A stretch of 20,000 nt of DNA from an uncultured virus (IMG/VR IMGVR_UViG_3300025407_001324). Lineage: Duplodnaviria > Heunggongvirae > Uroviricota > Caudoviricetes. The notes under the pieces were generated by a model. The model was not told the DNA's origin. It saw only the letters and a program-made list of their open reading frames with translations, and made no database searches. The position numbers and the translations under genes were made by a program. Below, in pieces: positions 10,501-18,725 of the stretch; position 1 is the first letter of the stretch; the number at the start of each line of letters is the position of its first letter. The stretch is taken from the IMG/VR virus record IMGVR_UViG_3300025407_001324. One strand, 5' to 3'.

Positions 10501-13500
10501 TGTACCACCGGTTGTTGCACTAGTATTAACTGTTAGTGCATTTACTGTTGCATTACCACTAATACTTTCTGTAGAACCAATAATGTTTGTAAATGTACCA
10601 GTGTTTGGTGTTGCGTTACCAATTGGAGTATTTTGTACACCACCAGCTGCATTTAATGTGCTACCAACTGTTGCACTAGTGTTAACAGTCATTGCATTAA
10701 CTGTTGCATTACCACTGATACTTTCTGTTGTACCGATCAATGTTGTGAATGTACCTGTATTTGGGGTAGCATTACCAATTGGAGTATTTTGGATACCGCC
10801 GGTAATTGTAATACCATTTGTAGTTAATGTACCTGTTACTGTAGCATTAGCCATTGTAGCAGTTCCGCTTACACCCAATGTAGACATTGTAGCAGAATTG
10901 TTAACTGTCAATGCATTTACGGTAGCATTTGCTTGGACATCTAATGTGCTGCTACCATAGATAGCAGAGCTAAACAATGATCCAATGTGTAAAGAATCGA
11001 GTTGTACATTAGGATTTGTTACATCAACTAATCCACCACCGGGTTCAGCTGCATTACTGAACAAATACCAAGTCATGTCTGCGTGGTCACGTACCAAACC
11101 AGTATGTTGATATACATTTGCATTAGCATCAGCATATGTGCCACCAATATAGTGACTGTAAATACCAATTTCATAATTGTATGGATATGGTGTATTAGCA
11201 GTCAAATACAACAATGGATCGGTTATACTTAGTATTGTAGAATTTGTTGATGCAAGATTTGGAACATACAATGTACCACCAACATACAAATCTTTACTAA
11301 TACTTGCGCCACCAACAACAGTCAATGCACCAGTACCTACACCAGTTGAATTTTGTACTCCAAGTACACTAACTGTGCTTGAAGACTCTAAGCCATTGGC
11401 TGAAATGTTACCAGCTTGGATGTTACCTTGAACTTCCAATGTAGTTCCAATTACTGCACTAGTATTAACTGTTAAACCGTCAACAGTAGCATTGCCACTA
11501 TCGTTAAGGCTTGTGCTATTCAAGTTTGTAAAGTAACCAGCAGCTGCAGTTACATTACCAATTACTGTATTTTGGATACCAGCAGTAGCACTTAATGTAC
11601 CACCTACTGTAGTAGAGTTATTAACACTTAATGCATTAACTGTAGCATTTCCGCTACCAGTAATTGCAGTACCGGTAACTGCTCCGTTACTATGCAATAC
11701 GTTAACTGTAGCAGTTCCGCTGGCGTTAACTGTAGTAAATGCACCAGTATTTGGTGTAATTGTACCAATTGGTGTATTTTCTATGCTGCTTGCACTCAAT
11801 GTACTACCAATTGTAGCGGTATTATTAACACTCAATGCATTGATTGTTGCGTTGGCCTGTACAGTTAATGAATCACCAACTGTAGCAGTACTGCTAGTTG
11901 CCAATGTTGCACCTGTTAATGCAGCCCCTGTGTTACCAATAGTAGCTGCATTTACTGTGTCAGTAACTACACTACCATTTACATTTAATGTAGCAGTACT
12001 TGAAGTAAATCTAAATCCTGCATTAGCGCCAATCAATCCGCTGTTATTATATTGAACTTGTGTATCATTACCTGCTGCACTGACTGCACCAGATATTGAA
12101 CCAGCAATATTACCTACCAAATAGTAGCCTGATGCAATATTTACGTTACCGCCAGTAACACCCAATGTTCCGCCAATTGTTGCATTAGAATTAACTGTTA
12201 ATTGATTAGTTGTAGTGTTTCCGCTGATGTTTGCAGATATTGCAAATATTGTGTTTACACCACTGATATTACCAGTTCCTGAAGAGCCTGCAGTAATCAA
12301 GTTACCAACTGTAGCATTTCCAGTAACACCCAATGTTGTACCAATAGTAGCACTAGTATTAACAGTTAAACCGTTAACTGTGGAATTACCACTAACGCTT
12401 TCAGTAGAACCAACGATGTCAGTAAATGTACCAGTAGCAGGAGTAACTGTACCGATTGGAGTATTTTCTAAACTACCAGCACTTAGTGTATCTTGTATTA
12501 CTGCACTTGTGTTGACTGTCAAGCCATTAACTATTAGGTTACCGCTATTGTTAACACTTGTGCTATATAGATTATTAAAATAACCATCAGCTGCAGTTAC
12601 ATTACCAATTACAGTATTTTGGATACCAGCAACTGCTTGCAGTGTTGCACCAACTGTAGCTGAATTGTTAACTGCCAATGCATTAACTGTAGCATTTCCA
12701 CCAATGTTTAATGTTGTACCGCCACTAATTGCTTGAGTGGCATTTAAGTTTGTAAAGTAACCAGCAGCTGCAGTTACATTACCAATTACCGTATTTTGGA
12801 TACCAGCAACTGCTTGTAGTGTTGTACCAAATGTGCCGCTGTTATTAACAGTTAGTCCGTTAACCGTAGCATTAGCATTGGCATTCAATGTGCCTGTAGC
12901 GACTCCTACTCCGAATGTACCGTTTTGTGCATATAGATTAGTAACATTAGCATATGTACCAATCAAGTTACCGTATAATACTCCGCTACTGATATCAGTG
13001 TTAAACGAAGTCAATGATACACCAGTATTTGACAAATTAATTTGATTGCCGATACCTGAGTTAATCAATACATTGCCGTTATTATCTAAGCTGATATTAG
13101 CAGTACCGATGTAAATTGTATTTCCGCCAACATATAGACTCTTAAATCTATTTGTTGAATTTCCTAATGTGTATGTTAAATCTGCAGTAGGAATAATATT
13201 GCCAGTAGTTCTAATTCCAGAACCAGCATTAATTATTCCGCTAGCATTAACAACTGTAAAGTTAGCAGAAGTTGCTTGTACATTACCAATTACTGTATTT
13301 TGGATACCAGCAACTGCTTGTAGCGTTGTACCAACTACTGCACTAGTATTGACTGTTAATCCATTTACTACTGCATTACCGCTGATACTTTCTGTTGTAC
13401 CAATCAATGTTGTGAATGTACCTGTTGCAGGAGTAATTGTACCAATTGGTGTATTTTCCAAGCTGCTTGCACTTAATGTGCTTCCGATAGTAGCTGTATT

Positions 13501-16194
13501 ATTAACACTCAATGCATTGATTGTTGCATTACCGCTAGTATTGAAACTTGTACCTGTTAATGTTGTAAATGTACCAGTACTTGCAATAGCATTACCAATT
13601 GGAGTATTTTGAATACCACCTGTAATTGTAATGCCGTTTGTAGTTAATGTGCCTGTTACTGTTGCATTTCCAGCAGTAACATTGGCCAATGATGTAGCAC
13701 CAGAAACTCCTAATGTAGTTCCGATTGTAACTGAATTATTAACACTCAATCCATCAACTGTAGCATTTGCACTACCGTTGACTGTAGTAAATTGTGCAGT
13801 AGTACCTGTAACTGCTCCGTTACTGGTCAATGCGTTAACTGTGGCAGTTCCGCCAACATTTAATGTACTGCTACCAGCAATTGTAGTAAACCGACCTGAA
13901 CTGGCAGTTACATTACCAATTGGGGTATTTTGGATACCAGCAACTGCTTGTAATGTTGTGCCAATTACTGCACTAGTATTAACAGTTAAACCGTCAACTG
14001 TTAAATTGCCACTACCGTTAATTGTAGTAAATTGTGCAGAAGTACCAGTAACTGAACCATTGCTAACAATAGTAGCTGCAGTTACATTACCAGAAGCATT
14101 AATGTCTGTAAAGAAACCAACATTTGCTCCGCCTACACCAACTGGGCCAAGAATAGCAGTAGAAGCTGTAACTGTTGCACCTTGTAATGCAGCACCGGTG
14201 TTACCAATTACACTTGCTTGAACTTTGTTTGCGTTAATTGTGTTTGTTACTGTTAAGTTACCTAATGTACCAACAGTAGTAATATTGCTTTGAACACCGC
14301 TAGCAGAATCTAATGTACCAGTTAACAATGCACCAGTATTACCAATTTGTGCAGCATTTAGTGTACCTGCATAAGCAGTAGTGAAATAAGCAGTAGTTGG
14401 AGTAACATTACCAATTACTGTATTTTGTAAGCCGCCTTGAGCTTGTAGTGTTGTACCAACAACTGCACTAGTATTGACTGTTAAGCCATTTACAGTAGAG
14501 TTACCACTTACACTTTCAGTGTTTGCAGTTAATGTTGTAAAATTGCCTGTGCTTGGTATTGCATTACCAATTGGAGTATTTTGCAAACCACCGCTTAGAC
14601 TAATACTCGGAGCATTTAATATGCCAGTTACAGATAAATTAGCAACTGTTGTGTTTCCAGTTACACCCAATGTACCAGTAATAGTAGCTGAGTTGTTAAC
14701 GCTCAATGAATTAACTGTTGCATTGCCTGTAGCACTCAGTGTGCTGACAATGGCAGTATTGCCACCAGCTGAACCCAATGTACCATTTAATGGGCCTTGG
14801 AATCCGCTAACTGCAGAGAATGTATCACCGCTAAAAGTTGCGCCTAAATTTCCAAACGATTGAGCTTGGACACTAGTACCGTATAAAGTACCTCTTAATG
14901 TTAAACCAGTTAATGTACCAACTGATGTAATATTTGGTTGTGCATTTGTGCTTAATGTACCAGTTAAAGTAGCACCAGTGTTACCAATTGTGGCAGCATT
15001 TACTGTCGAAGCAGTTACTGTTCCACTAACTGTTAAATTAGTAATTGTACCTAAGCTAGTAATATTTGGTTGAGCTGCAGTTTGCAATACACCAGTAATA
15101 CTAGGTGCTTGAATAGCATTGAAGTAACCAGTACTCCAGTAATTGCTAGTACCACCTAAATTCAATGTAGCATTAGCAGTTGGAGTAATGTTTAAGTTGC
15201 TCTGCCAGCTGGTTGTAGTATCATCGTATAAGAAAGTAGCTGCATTTGCTTGACCAACAATCAAACCAGCACCAGTTAAACTTGCACCTTGTGCAGTATT
15301 ATTGGCTAGGTGTGTTGTTTTATCATTTGTTGTAACTGTAATTGCAGTAACATAAGTTGTATTACCAGCAATAGCCAAATTACCAGTAACGAACAAGTCG
15401 CCTGGAGTAGTAATGGAATTAGGTAAAGCAATGGTAATTGTATTACCAGCTACCGAAGTTGAAATCTGATTTGCTGTACCAGCAATTGTTAGTGTACCAC
15501 CTAACGCAATATTTGCAGGAGTACCAGTATCAGCTGCATAATCATTGTATGCTACTAATGCTACAGAACCTGCAGAAGTTAGTCTACCTTTGGCATCAAC
15601 TGTGAATGTTGGGATAGAAACAGAATTACCGTAACTTCCAGCAGTAACACCAGTACTTGCTAGTGTAATATTAACGGTTGAAGGAACTGAAGCAGTACCT
15701 GTATACGCAAAACCTTGACCAGTAGCATCGCCAGTAATTCTTAAATTACTAGATAATGGGCTACCATTGGCTAAATTAATGTTATTGGTGTATAAACTAC
15801 CTGAATAAATGTTGCCAGCAACACCTAAACCGCCAGACACAACAACTGCACCACTGCTAGTACTGCTTGATAGTGTACTATTAGTTACAGTTAAGATACC
15901 TGCAATTGTTGATGCACCAGATTGTGTTGTATTACCAAATACAAAATCTGCGTTGCTGGTAACAGAGATATTACCTTTTTCTTTGCCTGTTGCAGTAGTA
16001 TATACTGTTCGGAATGCACCGATGGATTCATTCCAAATCAGTGCAACATTGCTTTGTGTTGCACGATTAAAAACAATACCTTGGTCTCTGCTGATTGCAG
16101 AGGATCCATTGGCATAGTTAAGTGTTATTAGGGAGTCAGTAAGCTCAACGAGGTTACTGTTTATATTTTCTAGCGTTGGTCTGGTTAGTGCCAT
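7516..16194 (-). CDS. Giant repetitive long tail fibre/virion structural protein, 2892 aa
   Basis: 8.7-kb ORF with AAGGT RBS, rich in T/G/N/A/V/S. Fibre motifs include TGVTAGSYG...TVDAKGRLT, three QPNITSxGTL-type repeats, about 21 (Q/E)NTx(I/V)G repeats and a DPLLYL module. C-terminal modules are PTGTTAQRP...MIRFN, GDGTTTVFTL...INGVLQEP...LTFTEAP and YKAAKYII...E.LVVTDG...YG, which I recognise from myovirus structural proteins. Confidence 0.93.
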   Translation of the reverse strand: MALTRPTLENINSNLVELTDSLITLNYANGSSAISRDQGIVFNRATQSNVALIWNESIGAFRTVYTTATGKEKGNISVTSNADFVFGNTTQSGASTIAGILTVTNSTLSSSTSSGAVVVSGGLGVAGNIYSGSLYTNNINLANGSPLSSNLRITGDATGQGFAYTGTASVPSTVNITLASTGVTAGSYGNSVSIPTFTVDAKGRLTSAGSVALVAYNDYAADTGTPANIALGGTLTIAGTANQISTSVAGNTITIALPNSITTPGDLFVTGNLAIAGNTTYVTAITVTTNDKTTHLANNTAQGASLTGAGLIVGQANAATFLYDDTTTSWQSNLNITPTANATLNLGGTSNYWSTGYFNAIQAPSITGVLQTAAQPNITSLGTITNLTVSGTVTASTVNAATIGNTGATLTGTLSTNAQPNITSVGTLTGLTLRGTLYGTSVQAQSFGNLGATFSGDTFSAVSGFQGPLNGTLGSAGGNTAIVSTLSATGNATVNSLSVNNSATITGTLGVTGNTTVANLSVTGILNAPSISLSGGLQNTPIGNAIPSTGNFTTLTANTESVSGNSTVNGLTVNTSAVVGTTLQAQGGLQNTVIGNVTPTTAYFTTAYAGTLNAAQIGNTGALLTGTLDSASGVQSNITTVGTLGNLTVTNTINANKVQASVIGNTGAALQGATVTASTAILGPVGVGGANVGFFTDINASGNVTAATIVSNGSVTGTSAQFTTINGSGNLTVDGLTVNTSAVIGTTLQAVAGIQNTPIGNVTASSGRFTTIAGSSTLNVGGTATVNALTSNGAVTGTTAQFTTVNGSANATVDGLSVNNSVTIGTTLGVSGATSLANVTAGNATVTGTLTTNGITITGGIQNTPIGNAIASTGTFTTLTGTSFNTSGNATINALSVNNTATIGSTLSASSLENTPIGTITPATGTFTTLIGTTESISGNAVVNGLTVNTSAVVGTTLQAVAGIQNTVIGNVQATSANFTVVNASGIINAGSGIRTTGNIIPTADLTYTLGNSTNRFKSLYVGGNTIYIGTANISLDNNGNVLINSGIGNQINLSNTGVSLTSFNTDISSGVLYGNLIGTYANVTNLYAQNGTFGVGVATGTLNANANATVNGLTVNNSGTFGTTLQAVAGIQNTVIGNVTAAAGYFTNLNATQAISGGTTLNIGGNATVNALAVNNSATVGATLQAVAGIQNTVIGNVTAADGYFNNLYSTSVNNSGNLIVNGLTVNTSAVIQDTLSAGSLENTPIGTVTPATGTFTDIVGSTESVSGNSTVNGLTVNTSATIGTTLGVTGNATVGNLITAGSSGTGNISGVNTIFAISANISGNTTTNQLTVNSNATIGGTLGVTGGNVNIASGYYLVGNIAGSISGAVSAAGNDTQVQYNNSGLIGANAGFRFTSSTATLNVNGSVVTDTVNAATIGNTGAALTGATLATSSTATVGDSLTVQANATINALSVNNTATIGSTLSASSIENTPIGTITPNTGAFTTVNASGTATVNVLHSNGAVTGTAITGSGNATVNALSVNNSTTVGGTLSATAGIQNTVIGNVTAAAGYFTNLNSTSLNDSGNATVDGLTVNTSAVIGTTLEVQGNIQAGNISANGLESSSTVSVLGVQNSTGVGTGALTVVGGASISKDLYVGGTLYVPNLASTNSTILSITDPLLYLTANTPYPYNYEIGIYSHYIGGTYADANANVYQHTGLVRDHADMTWYLFSNAAEPGGGLVDVTNPNVQLDSLHIGSLFSSAIYGSSTLDVQANATVNALTVNNSATMSTLGVSGTATMANATVTGTLTTNGITITGGIQNTPIGNATPNTGTFTTLIGTTESISGNATVNAMTVNTSATVGSTLNAAGGVQNTPIGNATPNTGTFTNIIGSTESISGNATVNALTVNTSATTGGTLSAAGGLQNTIIGNGTAAAATVTTLIATTESVSGNSTVNGLTVNTSATTGGTFNAAGGVQNTPIGNATPNTGLFTTLTSTGNTTVNALTVNASATTGGTLSAAGGLQNTIIGNGTAAAATVTTLIATTESVSGNSTVNGLTVNASATVGTTLGVTGNLIAGNISTAGTAGTGNITGVNTLFTINTQITGTETANVITANTLTVTGFTTLANANVQNANVTGTLTTNGITITGGLQNTPVGNATASTGTFTTLTGTSFNTSGNATINALSVNNTATIGSTLSASSLENTPIGTITPATGTFTTLIGTTESISGNATVNGLTVNTSATTGGTFNAAGGVQNTPIGNGTASTGTFTTLTGTSFNTSGNATVNALFSNGAVTGTGATFTSESVSGNATVNGLTVNTSAVVGTTLRAVAGIQNTVIGNVTAADGYFNNLYSTSFTDSGNATVNGLTVNTSATITGTLGVTGNVSLANLSVLGTFQAPSINLAAGLQNTPVGNATPSTGAFTNLTSYSFTTNGNVVSNGNITTNGLTVNVNATVGGTLGVTGNLQASIINASTGLYTNGYFYANGTPLNFSAAGSTYDVQYNNGGALAADTGNFYYQSSTLYAPSLNLTGGFSACTASSITGTLTTYNSLPDIDDTYTLGTTNQAWENVYTYGISASADGLQLVVNPSQLGNDFIVNGNAKANIFYVNANVGTASFGTSTQTANALVSFNSTNSILVPTGTTAQRPSIGANGMIRFNTTTASLEFYADGGWQSAGSQFTPVVANLQTGDGTTTVFTLPANATTSGTMVSINGVLQEPNNAYSVSGNQLTFTEAPQSTDVIDFRIVTTTQTVVATNGATTDVAGTTGVFTDVTTGDQTVTFKNNGTTTVTIDPNGYLDLKANGIISSTASVTVSNTGTTIDTWSGTTYKAAKYIITARNSGSTVWTAAESLVVTDGSSNATITTYGIVNAGSNTPQITMSVSISGGNVSVTATGATSGTVVNFSKTYIVGS
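9560..9846. repeat. Direct repeat copy 1 (~290 bp; partner at 13373-13659)
   Basis: 9569-9666 is identical to 13382-13479 (98 bp) and 9704-9772 is identical to 13517-13585 (69 bp). The offset is 3813 bp, in frame. Confidence 0.9.
10085..10550. repeat. Near-tandem duplication with a 297-bp (99-aa) period
   Basis: 10085-10253 closely matches 10382-10550. Both encode GGTLSAAGGLQNTIIGNGTAAAATVTTLIATTESVSGNSTVNG. Confidence 0.9.
13373..13659. repeat. Direct repeat copy 2 (partner at 9560-9846)
   Basis: Both copies encode ...STGTFTTLTGTSFNTSGNATINALSVNNTATIGSTLSASSLENTPIGTITPATGTFTTLIGTTESISGNA. Confidence 0.9.
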
Positions 16195-16220
16195 TTTACG
16201 GGTACCTTTTAATTATAGTG

Positions 16221-16228
16221 TATTTAGC
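16221..16228 (-). promoter_or_regulatory. Putative phage late promoter GCTAAATA
   Basis: TAAATA core 26 nt upstream of the giant gene ATG, followed by an AAAAGGT RBS. Confidence 0.55.
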
Positions 16229-16360
16229 ATGAATTGAAATTTTATATCTAAGCGGGCAATTTACTGGGTTTTTTTAAGATTTTTCTTGCTAATTTAGTTT
16301 ACTTCACCACCCACGCCGCTTGCTTATAATCATAAATTATTAGTCTATTTCATAAAATAT

Positions 16361-17104
16361 TTATGACGCCGGTTGTAATATATCCCAGGCATAAAAAGTA
16401 GGAGTGGCGGTTGTTCCTACTTGAGTAGTCATTGTGGCCGCATCTGAAGATGTAGCAGTGGTGTACTGTTTGTAGAATCCCATTTGGCTACAAGTATACC
16501 CTGAATACGATCCTGCGGAAGACGCAGTTGACGTCCATCCAGTTATTGCTTTGGCATTTAAGCCGCTTTTACCAGCAAAATATACAATAGGCGTAGTGTA
16601 TGCTGGTATGTTACTTAATGAGATACTAGGATATCCAAAATTTCCAGATATCCCAGTATAACTACCACTAGTGCTAGTAGAAGAAGTATAAAATGGATTT
16701 GATGGATTTACTCCAGTAAACACTTGCCAAGATTCTGCCAATGAATTATTGGTAGGTAATGAAAGAGTTCTACTAATATATCCTGTAATCGAAGAACCAG
16801 TTTTGTTTACATAGTAATATAAAATAAAATCATAGTTGCCACCAGTACCTGCTACACTACCAGTGCCGTATCTCTGTGTAAATGGTCTCGTACTATTACC
16901 GAATATTACATTTGATATAGAAAATCCGTAGCCTGTTTGTACTATACCACAAAATGTATATATAAGTAGGCCATTGGCAGGTAGCGTAACTTGTACATTA
17001 TACGCACTGGCAGAAAGAGAGTATAAACTTGGTGCAGGTCCGTAGAATCCACTATGCTGTTTGGAAGAAAGTATACCCGAAGATGCCAACATTATACCTG
17101 ACAT
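16361..17104 (-). CDS. S/T/G/Y-rich beta-structured protein, putative fibre-tip/receptor-binding partner (247 aa, start [10 protein letters not shown])
   Basis: The ATG at 17104-17102 overlaps the upstream stop (TAATG), which I prefer over the track start at 17134. The sequence has an alternating hydrophobic beta pattern and I recognise no named family. Confidence 0.8.
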   Translation of the reverse strand: MSGIMLASSGILSSKQHSGFYGPAPSLYSLSASAYNVQVTLPANGLLIYTFCGIVQTGYGFSISNVIFGNSTRPFTQRYGTGSVAGTGGNYDFILYYYVNKTGSSITGYISRTLSLPTNNSLAESWQVFTGVNPSNPFYTSSTSTSGSYTGISGNFGYPSISLSNIPAYTTPIVYFAGKSGLNAKAITGWTSTASSAGSYSGYTCSQMGFYKQYTTATSSDAATMTTQVGTTATPTFYAWDILQPAS

Positions 17105-17979
17105 TAGGTCAATCCCCCGCCAGTGATGTACCAAGTTGTACTGGCAACTTTAGTTGCAGTTGCCATACCATATGCTGCTAATGTGCGAGATCCAGTGGTA
17201 CCAGATATAGCCAAATACATAGTATCTCCGCAAGATATTGTTACAGTGGCACTAGGTCCTGCTATAATTACCACAGTGGCCCCAATTGGAAATGCTACAC
17301 TACTATTTGCTGGGATAGTTAAGGTTGAAGTTCCAGTTATATAAAGTTGGCTACCTTGGTCTGTCAATGCCAGTGTATAATTACTGCTTTGCGTATTTTG
17401 TGGCATCCCAATATAACCAACACCAGTTGATGTAGTTGCACTACTGTTTGCATTACCTGTTATTGTGCCAGTACTGGTAATTCCAGCAAAAGTAACAGAA
17501 CTACTGGTGTTCAAAGTTTGATTGGCGTTAGGTCCGGTTGGGCCTTGTGGTCCTTGGGCTCCTGTATTACCGATTGGTCCCTGAGGGCCTTGTGATCCTA
17601 CAGTTCCTTGTGGGCCTTGTGGCCCTTGTGGTCCAATATTACCAATTGGTCCCTGTGGTCCTTGCGGTCCTGCATTACCAAGTGGTCCTTGAGGTCCTTG
17701 TGGTCCTTGTGAACCTCCACCTGAAGGCCCTTGTGGCCCAGTATTACCAATGGGACCTTGTGGTCCTTGTGGTCCTTGTACTCCGCTTGGGCCACTCGGG
17801 CCAACATTACCAATCGGACCTTGTGGTCCTTGTGGTCCAGCGTTACCAATTGGACCTTGTGGTCCAGTAACAGTAGGAGCCGAACCATTCCAAACATTTC
17901 CGTCAAAAGTGTATATAACTCCGTTCGGTCCGGTATATGTTGCACCTGTTGTTGCTGATCCTGGAAAATTTAATGGCAT
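17104..17979 (-). CDS. Short collagen-containing fibre protein (291 aa)
   Basis: AGGA RBS 6 nt upstream. N-terminal LNFPGS...YTFDGNVW motif, about 37 G-X-Y triplets, and a C-terminal domain [19 protein letters not shown]...[14 protein letters not shown]...[15 protein letters not shown] of a type I recognise from aquatic phage fibre genes. Confidence 0.9.
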   Translation of the reverse strand: MPLNFPGSATTGATYTGPNGVIYTFDGNVWNGSAPTVTGPQGPIGNAGPQGPQGPIGNVGPSGPSGVQGPQGPQGPIGNTGPQGPSGGGSQGPQGPQGPLGNAGPQGPQGPIGNIGPQGPQGPQGTVGSQGPQGPIGNTGAQGPQGPTGPNANQTLNTSSSVTFAGITSTGTITGNANSSATTSTGVGYIGMPQNTQSSNYTLALTDQGSQLYITGTSTLTIPANSSVAFPIGATVVIIAGPSATVTISCGDTMYLAISGTTGSRTLAAYGMATATKVASTTWYITGGGLT

Positions 17980-17997
17980 TTTTGTTCCTATTATTAA

Positions 17998-18005
17998 TAC
18001 TTATA
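17998..18005 (-). promoter_or_regulatory. Putative late promoter variant TATAAGTA
   Basis: 7/8 match to TATAAATA, in the 28-bp gap and upstream of the AGGA RBS. Confidence 0.5.
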
Positions 18006-18007
18006 TA

Positions 18008-18724
18008 CTACAAACCGTATCTTGATCGAACTGAGTTGTGATTCTGTAGCATTTCTGCAGACGATAATGCTCTACTGTATACTGCTGTTACACTGATAGG
18101 ACCAGACCAATAGTTATCGCTTGCCCCAACGTTCTCACTGGTTGTAGTTAGATATTGATAAAATGTTCCAGATGATATACTGACCTGCTGGCCGTTAAAG
18201 TAGTAAGTTATTGTGCCATCCGTAGTCATTGTGACTCCACAGGTAAACCAGTTACCAAAAGTATAAGTCAACGGAGTGCTTATGCCTCCCGAGCCACCGC
18301 CATAACCTTGTGCAAAATGTAATTCGTATGCACTACCTGTATAATAAAAATACAAATTGAAATTTCTATTGGCTCCGTTGCTACCAAACAAACAACGGTA
18401 TGTGCCAGATCCCATGGCACCAGTTAGTTTACCAGCCATAAAAATACTCTTACCAGTGTATGTTACATTATATTTTGAACTGGTTGTTTGAAACCATCCT
18501 GGGTCAGTAAAATTAAAATATCCGCCATTGGCTGAATTGAATACTGTATTGCTTGATGAAAAAGTATTATTGTTATTTCCGCTTAGATCATACCAAGTAC
18601 CGCCTGTACCTGGATAACTAGCCGAATTACCGGCATCAAGATATAGCAATGTTCCTGAGGTAACGATAGGCGGTGTGTCCCGCACATACCCAACATTAAT
18701 TAGATTGACACCAGAAATTATCAT
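18008..18724 (-). CDS. LamG/Concanavalin A-like lectin domain protein (238 aa)
   Basis: Typical Laminin_G_3-type pattern: [33 protein letters not shown]...W...YFNGQ...VG...[25 protein letters not shown]...RYGL. The start is coupled to the upstream stop (TAA-T-ATG). Confidence 0.9.
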   Translation of the reverse strand: MIISGVNLINVGYVRDTPPIVTSGTLLYLDAGNSASYPGTGGTWYDLSGNNNNTFSSSNTVFNSANGGYFNFTDPGWFQTTSSKYNVTYTGKSIFMAGKLTGAMGSGTYRCLFGSNGANRNFNLYFYYTGSAYELHFAQGYGGGSGGISTPLTYTFGNWFTCGVTMTTDGTITYYFNGQQVSISSGTFYQYLTTTSENVGASDNYWSGPISVTAVYSRALSSAEMLQNHNSVRSRYGL

Positions 18725-18725
18725 A

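Noticed and set aside
9296..10960. 554-aa plus-strand ORF and similar V/P/L/A-rich antisense ORFs
   Set aside because: Stops in that frame need sense Tyr/Gln/His codons after a pyrimidine, which are rare in this T/G/N/A/V protein. They are compositional shadows.
9560..13659. Diversity-generating retroelement TR/VR pair
   Set aside because: Both copies are mid-gene and coding, the mismatches are mostly synonymous rather than adenine-specific, and there is no reverse transcriptase in the window.
16212..16240. Sigma70 promoter with TATAAT at 16217-16212
   Set aside because: No convincing -35 element at 16-18 bp spacing, and the background is AT-rich.
17105..17134. ORF-track start [10 protein letters not shown]
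   Set aside because: It overlaps the upstream gene's conserved end. The TAATG-coupled ATG at 17104 is more plausible.
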